Positions 23,784-33,400 of a DNA stretch of 64,000 nt are shown piece by piece. The position numbers were made by a program, and so were the translations under genes. This DNA is from Porphyridium purpureum. Its lineage: Eukaryota. The first letter of the stretch is position 1. Each line of letters starts with the position of its first letter. A model generated the notes under the pieces. The model was given only the letters and a program-made list of their open reading frames with translations, was not told where the DNA came from and did no database searches. The stretch covers positions 62,001-126,000 of the forward strand of contig VRMN01000020.1 of NCBI GenBank assembly GCA_008690995.1, in the 5' to 3' direction.

Positions 23784-25259
23784 CTAAAGCTCTTCATCCC
23801 TCTCAAGCCAGCTTTCTCGAGAAAGTGGACCATGGGCAGCCCTTTCGGCATGAACTCCGGCCACTCCTTTGTCTTGCTCCGCATCGTCACGACGCAGTTC
23901 AAGCAAAAATTTCAAAAACATGGTCGAGCGCGAGTCGGTCAACTTCCAGCGAGCGGCGACACGTTTTGCGCATCTTCGAGCTTCTTGCGCGTCCAGCCGG
24001 CCTCTTGAGGCACACTCACCCAGCGTGCGCAGGTACGCGTGCAGGACCCGAAGCTGCTCGCGGAAGTCTGAGCCCAAGTATTTGGCCTCAGTCAGCACAT
24101 CGGATAGTGGGAGCAGCTCATGCGCTTGCGCGCGTCGAATGCAGTCAGGCATATACTGGTACATGCGTCGCTCGTGCAGCGTATAGCCCAGTGCCATGAT
24201 CCAGCGCATGTACTCTCGCGCCTCCTCGTAGTGTCCCGCATTGATAAACGCCGTACTTAGAACGTGAAGCACAGCGCTAGGTGGCTTGAGACCCAATTCG
24301 CGATACTTGTAGCCTATCCACCTTGCGTGGTCCGCCTTGTCGTCACCAGTTGCACAGATCCACGCTCCACACTCAAGGAGGCTGGCGTCCAGTGGCACCG
24401 CTAACGTATCCGGCCCGTTCCGGACAGTTTGCCAAACGGTCAGAGCTGCATCGGGTCGGCGATTCCGCAGCAAACCGTACGCAACGCTGCATATCAGATC
24501 CGCAGTGGGGGTAGGATAGACATGCAAGCGCTCACGGAATGTCCGTTGCATCAATTTGACCCGGCCACACACGCTCAAGTGAGTGATGAGCCCGCTGTAC
24601 GCCTTCTCATTCAGCGTATGATTCTGTGCTTCGACAAGGTTTTTCACTGCAATCACCACATTCACCTTGTAGAGCGCTTTGGCAAGTGGAAGCAGCTGCA
24701 GGAGCGCGAACGAATCCAGCCGCGCACCGTCATCTCGCGCTCGTGCGACCATACGAATCGCAAAGGCTAGCCGTTCGCGAGGCTCCGCGTGTAGCGCGTG
24801 TCTAGCATTGCGCAGAGCAAAGTCGAGCGTCCAATGGTCAAATACTGCCGACCGAGCTGCATCCACGATGCCTTTTACGCGCTGCAAAGTGGCCTCCTCA
24901 ACCAGCGCCAAGTTGAGCTGATCATTCAGCGCTCGAGTTTCTGGCTTTCTTTTCGCGCGCGCGCGAGGCGAAAATGGTGCGGCATCCGTTGGTGGCGAGT
25001 CGAACAATGCGCGAGGCGGATACAGGTCTGGTTGCTCTGAGAGCGAAGCCGCGCGAATGGCTCGCGGCTCCTGTAAATGAAATTGCCGCCGGCACATATT
25101 AGACAGCAGAGCCCTGCGCGGACTCACGTACCGGTCTTGCCAAGCTGACAATAGCGACGCTAACGATGAATGCTGGTGCGCATGGGCACCGCGATTCCAC
25201 AGCAGATGCTTCAGACCCAGTCGCATCGGCCAACGCGGCCACAGCGGGCTGCCAGCCAT
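23784..25259 (-). CDS. PPR-like helical-repeat protein, paralog 5 (C-terminally shorter)
   Basis: Shared motifs LAFAIRMVARAR, LAKALYKVNVVIAVKNLVE, YRELGLKP, AREYMRWIMALGYTLHE and LPLSDVL; it ends before the RLDLC/VSxAYM helices of the other four. Confidence 0.7.
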   Translation of the reverse strand: MAGSPLWPRWPMRLGLKHLLWNRGAHAHQHSSLASLLSAWQDRYVSPRRALLSNMCRRQFHLQEPRAIRAASLSEQPDLYPPRALFDSPPTDAAPFSPRARAKRKPETRALNDQLNLALVEEATLQRVKGIVDAARSAVFDHWTLDFALRNARHALHAEPRERLAFAIRMVARARDDGARLDSFALLQLLPLAKALYKVNVVIAVKNLVEAQNHTLNEKAYSGLITHLSVCGRVKLMQRTFRERLHVYPTPTADLICSVAYGLLRNRRPDAALTVWQTVRNGPDTLAVPLDASLLECGAWICATGDDKADHARWIGYKYRELGLKPPSAVLHVLSTAFINAGHYEEAREYMRWIMALGYTLHERRMYQYMPDCIRRAQAHELLPLSDVLTEAKYLGSDFREQLRVLHAYLRTLGECASRGRLDAQEARRCAKRVAARWKLTDSRSTMFLKFLLELRRDDAEQDKGVAGVHAERAAHGPLSRESWLERDEEL

Positions 25260-26208
25260 ACTGCGCGCGAACCTCCAAGCGCCGGATCTTTTCGCACTGA
25301 ATGCGGGCGAAACGTGCGTCGGCGCGCTGAATGCCGCAGCAATGGCGGCCTGTGCGGTCACCAGCGCCTTCCAATGCAGCCCGCCAAACGCACGCGTCCC
25401 CGCTCGTGCCTGCTTTTCACATTCGAGTCACTTGGACCGGTTAACGGTTTACTTTCTTGCAATCGAAGCGCGTCCGGTTTATGTCCCCACCAGCGGGAGT
25501 CCCTGCTGCGAAAAGAAGAGTTTGGCTCGGACTTGGGGCGGCTGTCGCTCTTCTCGTATCTATGTGGCTCTCCGACGGACAAGATGAAGCTTTACTGTTT
25601 CCTAATGAACTCGGAAATAAATTCTCCACCGAGTCGCGGTCTCTCGTCTGCTGGACCGGCGCGGAGCCGGCCGGTCTTCTATATCGTTCGATCTGGGGAT
25701 CTCGCTGCGGTACAGCTGTGCGTACCTGACCACAGCGACACTTCCGTAAGACCAACTTCACATGCTCTGGTTGAGCATCAGAGTCACAGAAAATTTGAAA
25801 AGAATGTCGCGCTGCTTCTCTCCACATCACGTACCGCCTGCGCGTTTAAAGTCCGTTATTGCAGGTTGAGCGCTTCTAGCAGAAGCTCCTACGACTCTTT
25901 TGCGCCTTCCACTACGATGAATGTTGCGGTACCCCCAAAAAGAACAAGGAAACAAACGCCCGGTAAGTAGTCCCACCCGTGCGCGAACGTGCCTGCGTGG
26001 AAAGAACAATGCGTTACTTTGGCCACGGAGGGGAAATGTTACCAATGCTGTGCCTTTATTCTCTCTCTTTCTTCTTCTTACCTCCGAGCAAGACCTGACC
26101 GGCTAGTCCGGGCAGGCGCGTCGCCTTTTTATACCCTTACTTCCGCTAGGGACAGCAAGGCGGCAAGAGAAATGACAATGCAAACCATTGGCATTTCTGC
26201 GCGCGTCT

Positions 26209-26242
26209 AGAAGGTTCTGGAACCTCTAGAAGCTTCTAGAAA
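26209..26242. promoter_or_regulatory. Two perfect three-unit heat-shock-element-like sites (nGAAnnTTCnnGAAn)
   Basis: aGAAggTTCtgGAAc at 26209-26223 and aGAAgcTTCtaGAAa at 26228-26242. Confidence 0.45.
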
Positions 26243-27094
26243 CGGTTAAACGGTCTGCCGGTTTAACGGCTTACCGGTTCCGGAGCAACCGAACCGTTCT
26301 AGGTGAATGGGGTCGAACGGATAACATGCAGGCCATGTGTGTTCATGCTCGGCCGCGCTCAACACTGAGACACCGGCGGTCTCGCCACCTCACTCACAGC
26401 CGTCGCTTTTCGGCCACGGGCTCAGCCGCCAACGACGGAGCGCCGTTATCTGCGCATGCACGCGCGCCGTGCGCATTCGCGACGCCAATGGCAGCAGCGC
26501 CCGCGCCGCAGAGTCCTTGCCCTTCCTACCCACCTCGGCACGGCACCATACCTGTTGTAATTCTTGTCTGCTTTTGACGAATAGGCGATCGCGATGGCCC
26601 GTTCGTCTCGTTCTTAACTCCGATTACGATGGAAGTTTGAGAACGATGAGTTTCAGCATAAAACTCTTTTATCTTAACAACTTATCTTTTGTCTTTTCTT
26701 CTGTGCTTCTTAATTCTGTCTCTTCTACTTTGCTCCACCCGCCACAGGCGTGCCGCATTTTATAGTCGCGTTCGCGGCAAATGGTCAGTGCATTGTGACT
26801 GTGCCGCGACCCATTTGCTCCTGTGCGGCGACCCCTCGGGTGCGTGTTTTGAAATCTGCACAGTAATCAACTTGCGTCCCTTCGCGAGCATCTCGAAGAG
26901 GAACCCTGCTCGAAGTTGTCACAATACCAAACTGGTTACACCCAACCACTCCGCTTTTCCTAGCAAAACGCTCGCGTTTTATATGAGTCGGCAAAAGTCG
27001 CTTCGTTCGGTTCAACGGTTCAGCGCCGAACACGGCCAGCTCACAAATCACTTGATAAATTACACAGAAAAATTCCTTCCCACATTACATAATT

Positions 27095-27166
27095 ACTGTA
27101 CCCAGTGTACTCGCTGTACTTGCTGCATGCACTGTACTCGCTGTACTCGCTGTACTCGCTGTACTT
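27095..27166. repeat. Short CTGTACTCG minisatellite
   Basis: Tandem (CGCTGTACT)-like units about 130 nt beyond the DUOXA stop codon. Confidence 0.8.
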
Positions 27167-27296
27167 CCGTGTCTTGAGGAATTGACTCGAGCAACAGAAT
27201 GCAAGAAGCAGAGGAAGATAGATGCGCGCGGATGTGGATGCTGGAGGAGCTGTTGCGAGGACTGGATTGTTTGGTCGCCGCCGGGCGCTTTGGGTT

Positions 27297-28790
27297 TTAA
27301 TTGAGCCATCCGCCTGGAGGAGGAGGAGGAGGCGGCGGCGATGGACGAGGCGACCGCGGCACAGACGAGGCGTGCATTGCTGCGCTGCCGCCCAACGCGT
27401 TCGCGTCAGCCGCTGAGTCCTTGGGTATGTCAGACCAGGATACTTCCGTTCCCGACCGTGTTTTAAAGGAAGTCGACTTGACTTGCCCGTGCTCGGCGGG
27501 ATGAGCCATCACACGGATGGGGTCGTAATCTTGCTGCGACGCCAGGCTGGGTGTCGTTGAGCTCGCATCGTCTGCATCTGGCAGTTCGACATAGTCGAGG
27601 TCCAACAGCCCAGTGCCTCGCTTCTGCAATCCATTGCGGGGCGTGGTGCGGCTCTTGGCCCATTCTGGCTCTGTTGCTTCGTGGCACACGCAGTGGCACA
27701 GGTCATCATCACACGTTCCGCACAAACAAGACACATCAATGTCTCTCAGCGTCAGGCGGCTCGCCGTGGTGAAAGCCTCGCGGCTTCGACCAAACAGAAT
27801 TTCGAGTACATCACCGAAATAGTCGCTAAACCAAACGGCCACTTTGCCAGTACGGCTGTCTTCCTTGCGCTCTTGCAGGCGCCGCACGAGCTGCACCGTG
27901 TGGTGCATGTACAGGAGCGTGGCGAACAAGAAAAGGACTCCAGCGGTGACGGCAGTCAAGATGAACGACCAGCTGTAGTTCACCACCAACAAGCCGTCGC
28001 GCCACGGAATCACCAGAGGGTTCTTGATTCGGCTCACCACTGAAACATAAATGATGACTGCGCTTGCCATCAACCCTGCCACGACCATCAGCAGCAACGC
28101 ACCGACGCGCGGCCGGAACGCGCCAAACAGCACGGACACAAAGTACACGCCGAGGCCCGTGTACAATAAGATATGGGTATAGTACCCGGCGTATCGATAA
28201 TAACGCAGCCAGCGGATTTGCTCGCCGTCGAGCAAGAAGTATTCAGCGATCTGCAGAAGGGGCAGCGGCATTCCGTTAAATTGCGCCTGCCGCCATCGGC
28301 GCGCAACGGTGTTGGCAAGCACTGAAAAGCCTCCACGGCCTTGGAACCAAACATCGCCGCGGCCCCAGAGAAACTGTTCGTTGTAGTTGATGCGCTGTCC
28401 GAACTGGTACTCTGGCTCGCCTAACATGGTCACATTAAAGCCGCGCAGCCCAATCTTGATACCGAGCGTCACGTCCACTTCGTGCGCGTCGTACGCGGCG
28501 TAGGGCGTCCGCGTGTGCACCTCGCCGTATTGCCAGTTGTACGAGAAATTGCTGAGCAGCAGCGTGAACATGACGTACACGCCAAACAGCAGCATGAATG
28601 TCTTGCGCGCAGCGTCGGCTTTGGATTCAAACGAAAAGATGGTGAACAGGCCTGCCACCGCAATGGTCGCGCTCGCGACGCTCACGCTGATGATCCACAA
28701 ATCCAGGCCCACGGCGGTCTTGTTGGGTCCATAGTACGTAGGCCCAATGCCATTCCCAGGCAGCGTCTGCGGCACGCACGTGTCCGCCAT
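27297..28790 (-). CDS. DUOXA: Dual oxidase maturation factor (DUOXA/NIP family) with long C-terminal cytoplasmic extension
   Basis: NFSYNWQYGEVHTRTPYAAY, LGIKIGLRGFNVTMLGEP, INYNEQFLW, GMPLPLLQIAEYF and YRYAGYYTHILL align with the DUOXA signature (IGL.+GL.G+N+TL.G.P....E.INYNE.F.W; GLP.P+L.+AE.F; YR.AG.Y); about 5 hydrophobic segments. Confidence 0.93.
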   Translation of the reverse strand: MADTCVPQTLPGNGIGPTYYGPNKTAVGLDLWIISVSVASATIAVAGLFTIFSFESKADAARKTFMLLFGVYVMFTLLLSNFSYNWQYGEVHTRTPYAAYDAHEVDVTLGIKIGLRGFNVTMLGEPEYQFGQRINYNEQFLWGRGDVWFQGRGGFSVLANTVARRWRQAQFNGMPLPLLQIAEYFLLDGEQIRWLRYYRYAGYYTHILLYTGLGVYFVSVLFGAFRPRVGALLLMVVAGLMASAVIIYVSVVSRIKNPLVIPWRDGLLVVNYSWSFILTAVTAGVLFLFATLLYMHHTVQLVRRLQERKEDSRTGKVAVWFSDYFGDVLEILFGRSREAFTTASRLTLRDIDVSCLCGTCDDDLCHCVCHEATEPEWAKSRTTPRNGLQKRGTGLLDLDYVELPDADDASSTTPSLASQQDYDPIRVMAHPAEHGQVKSTSFKTRSGTEVSWSDIPKDSAADANALGGSAAMHASSVPRSPRPSPPPPPPPPGGWLN

Positions 28791-30448
28791 CTTGTGTTCA
28801 CCGCCGGCGCGCAGCAGCTCTGCACGCCGATGGCCACGACCTTGGCTTGCCTAACTTTGCACGACACAAGCGCAGATGTGAGAGGCGAGTACAAGCGTGA
28901 GGCGCGTATAAGTCTAGCTCGGCGGCACCGAATGCACGTCAAGGCGCATCGTCGGTCAGTTTGCAGGGACAGAGTTTTCTTTCCCCCGAGAAATGGTTTT
29001 TCGCCGCTCCTCCAAACGCAATTCGGTGTCACGGCACATCCGCGCACCAGCCCACCACCGACCCATTTAGCCGTTGTGACAATCCCTTGCGCGGGTTGCC
29101 GCTGCCGCGTTTTCCTATGCACGCGCCTCCAACCGCGACGTGGGCAACATTCCGTTAATTCTCCATACGCGCGCTCGCGCCGTGTGCGCAAGCGACCCCT
29201 CACTTGCGCAGATCGAGGGCGTGTGTGCGACGCGCGCCAATGCCGATGACCCCGCAGCGGCTCGCCCACTGCCTGCTTTGTGCGCACGCTGGGTCATCAT
29301 CGTCGCCGCAGAACAAGCGGCTGTAGCCGCCGAATTCACAATTCTGCGCGTTGACGCGACGATTTTCGCCACGTGGAGTAATTCTCCGAATCTGTGCGCG
29401 GCGACGAAGCAGAAGAGAATATCTGCCGCAGAGTCGCACGTGCGGCTCGCGCCATTCCGTTACGAGCTTGACAACTCGCGCACGCAGAAGTGGCCGACGT
29501 GGCCACGCTGACTCAGCCACTTGGCGCGAGCAACGGGGGGGCATGGATGCATTGGAAGCAGAGTTGGCCATAGTGAGTTGCTTTGCGAAAGTCGACGTGT
29601 GCTGCCTAGGCAAGAAAGGGTCGTGCGGGCTAGGATACACGTGTGCGAAACGGAAGGAAGCGTGCGTTGCACGTGCTCGTTTGCTGTGTTGCGTCGTGTA
29701 AATCCACGAAATGAGAACGGCTTTTGATGCGACGAAAATCAAATCGATCCACTAGCAGATTGTCGCGGGCGAGCAGGAATTTTTTTTTTCCTCCCTTTCC
29801 TCTTTCTTTTCTTTCCCCGATGCGCGTCGCTCTGGTTCGTTAATTCTCTGTCGGATTCTGTCGGCGATTTGTGCGCAACGGGACCACGCCGCGCGCAAGG
29901 CCGTTTGGCGGGGTTCTGGTTAGAGGCGCATCTTGTCAAAATATCGTTTGTGATGTTGGCAGTATGTCCTGAGGGGACGGCATCTGTGTCGCACTATTTT
30001 GTGCCCGCCACATGAATTGCATGTGAAGCTTGCAAGTGACAGGGCTGACCCAGCCCGTAATTTGCGTGACATGCGAGTCACGATCGACGATGCAAAGTCG
30101 GCCCTCCTCATTTCCGGGACCTCGTTTTCCTTTTTCTTTTTCTTTAGAATGCTTGCAAAATCGCACGGCAGACGGGCATCAGCCTTGCATATAATGGGCG
30201 AATAGCGAGTGCTGTCAACTCGACGAGGACTTGTGCGTCGTCTCCTGTGCCACAGAGCGGCTTCTCGGAAGATCCAAAGCTCAAACACTTTCAAGAGGGT
30301 GGCCATTTCGAGGACAGGACCGAGGCGATCCAGGTCGCAAGGTAAGAGCTGCCTTTCCCTCTCGTGCATTCTTCGCAAGCCGCATTCGCAGCGCGAGAGG
30401 GGGCGCACGCTTGTCAAGCAGGAAGGCTGACACTTTCGCGCCCCTCTC
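28791..30448. promoter_or_regulatory. Divergent DUOXA-DUOX intergenic region (putative bidirectional promoter)
   Basis: 1658 nt between the two outward-facing ATGs, with no convincing CDS; contains pyrimidine-rich tracts at about 29779-29818 and 30123-30145. Confidence 0.5.
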
Positions 30449-33400
30449 ATGGAAGCGTTTTATCGCATCTCGCTGCCTCGCGCGCCCAGCACGCGCAATG
30501 GACAGCTCGTCGATATCGACCCTGAGGGCGTGTATCGCGACGAGTTGTTTGAGGAGGCTCAGCGCATGAATGATGCGGAACAGGGCGTGCTTCGATCGGT
30601 GCTGGCCCAGCAGCGCATCAAAAAGCGCTTCTCAGCGGGCGCCATCTTTGGTCTTTCGTTGATGCTGCTTGTCTCGATGCTTCTTCCGATGCTTCTGGTG
30701 CATAGCTCCATGTCTCGGGTGCGAGCGCGAGTTAGCTCGCTGCCAGTCTTCACCAAAGCAAACACTTCGCGCCGCTTTACAGGTGTGCTACGTCAAGAGG
30801 CAGCGGTAGACATCGAGTGGACACCGTGGGACGGCGCGTTTAATAACATTGCCCACCCTGAATATGGCGTTGTGGAGGGCCGAATCACACGCCCATGCTT
30901 GCCACGTTATGCGGACGGAGCGTATGCGCCCTCCAATCCTGAAGGTCCCAACCCGCGCACCGTGTCAGAGCTCGTCATGGGCGGCGACACTGGGTACGGC
31001 TCGCTCACCAATAAGACCGCCTTTCTTGTCTTTTTTGGGCAGCAGGTCGTCGAGGAAATTCTCGATGGGCAGGCCTTCCAACCGGCCGAGCCGTATGTCA
31101 ACATTCCCGTGCCTCAATGCGATCCGCTGTACGATCCAGACTGCAAGGGCGACTTGTTCATTCCTTTACCGCGCAATCGATACGACCTCAGCACAGGCAA
31201 TGCACCTGGCGTTCCGCGCGCTCAGCTCAACGAAATCAGCGCGTGGATCGATGGCACGCTTTTCTACGGCCCTTTCAAGGCGTGGGCAGACACGCTACGT
31301 GCGTACGACGAGGAGCGACCAGGACGATTTGCGTGTCTGGTTGACGAAGAAAGTGGCGTGGAAAACTGCAACCTTCCTGCACTCAACACAATTGGATTGC
31401 CAATTGTGAACCCTCCTCCTCCAACCCTTCGTGACGTGAGGCCGGCCGAACGCTTTTTCCGCCTGGGCAACCCGCGCACCAACGAAAATCCCATGCTGCT
31501 GGCGTTTGCGGTGATGTGGTTCAGGTACCACAATGTCGTGGCCGATCGCATTCATGCCAAGCATCCAGACTATGACGATGAGGAAGTGTTTCTGTTTGCG
31601 CGACAGTGGCTGATCGCAATCTACCAAAAGATTGTGTTCTATGACTGGTTACCGAGCTTCTTGGGCATCCCGCGCGAAGAGTTTGACGAAAAGTATGCAT
31701 ACAAGGGCTATCGCACGGTCGACCCGGCCATTTCGCAAGAATTTCAGGTCGCGGCCATGCGCTTTGGACACACGCTCGTGACGCCAGGTGCATATCGTCG
31801 CGAGCCATACTCATGTACCCCGAGCTCCTTCGAAGCGCTTCGCACCTGCAACTCTTACTTTCGCGGCGAGGAAGTGCTGCTCGAAGACGACGGCCCCACG
31901 AAGATGCTGCTGGGTCTGGCTTCACAGCTGGCCGAGCGTGAAGACGCGACAATCACGCCGGACTTGCGCGGCTTTGTTTTTGGCGTCTCACTGGACGCGA
32001 CACGACGCGATCTCATGGCAATTAACATCCAGCGGGCGCGCGAGCACGGCGTCGGGACGTACAACCAGGTGCGCAAGTGCTTCAGGCTTCCGGAAGTGTC
32101 ATCGTTTGACGAGATTTCGTCACTCACGGACAACCCGGCGTTCAATAACTGCACTGACGCACAGGGCAACACGGGCGTCAATTGCATGCAGATTGCCATC
32201 GAGGGCTTGAAGCTGGCGTACGACAACGATATTTCCAAGTGTGACTTGTGGCCCTGCGGGCTGCTGGAGGTGAATGTGACCGGACCAGGCCCTCTGTTTC
32301 AAGCCATCCTGATTGACCAGTTTTTGCGCATCCGCGACGGCGATCGGTTCTGGTTTGAGAATGACAATGGGCCCATCGCAAATATTCTGTCCGCGGAGCA
32401 GATCGATGAGATATGGAACACGACCATTCGAGATGTCATGGTGGACGCTCTGGAGCTTAGCGACGATGTTATTTTGCAGAGCAATCCGTTCAAATATGAC
32501 CCATCTGTCTGCGCACAGCCCGTGCAGCTGAGCGAGTTCAATCTTGAAAATTGCTCCGCACCTTCAACGTACAACTGGTACCGAGGACACATTCCTCAGC
32601 GTGAGCCCTCGGTGACGACCACGACCTCGCAACGAAGCGTGTGTGAAGCAGACTCGTTGGCAAAAATCCTTTTCGGGTCCAAGGATGGACACGAGCACGA
32701 TGATCGTCTACAGCAAGAGCTTTCCACGGAGGAGCAGGCAGCGGCAGCAGGTTGCCCGGTGTACAAGGCACGCACAAAGCTCGCGCGTATAATGATCATG
32801 CAGCAGGTGATGATGGAGCGTGTGAAGAAGGGCATCTCCCAGCGCTACGTTAGCTACCTGGGCTCCAACGACTGTGGTATCACAAATGGTGACTCGCTCG
32901 TGCAACTCGCGTGGACCATCGCTGGTATTGTGATGTGGCTCACCGCGAATGTGATAGTGATGTATTTCCTCGTCCGCTGGATCAAGCAGCGAAAGGGACT
33001 TCGGCAGTTCGGCCGCAAAGCTCCGAAAAATGGACCCTTCATTCCGCCCGATTTCAAGCCGACGCGAAGCGGCACCGGTGTCCACATGTACAAGCACAAC
33101 TCAAAGACCACGGGATACGGATGTCTCATCTATCACTCTTTTCGGCACGAGTCGTCTGATGTGAAGGGTGCTACCGTGAAATTGTGCGAGCCAGAGCAAG
33201 CGCATTTCTTCTTAGTAGGAGTGGGAGATTCCGTCCAAGATGGAGACGCCAGAGGCATTGCACGCGAGGGAGACGGCCATGAGTCGCGTATTGATAGAAG
33301 CCGCGCTACCGATTCAGCCCGGCCGATGGAAGTGCGAGAGGTTCTAAGTGGTGATATTACCATGATTTCACCTTCGAACGTATCCGAAGTGCGTATCTTT

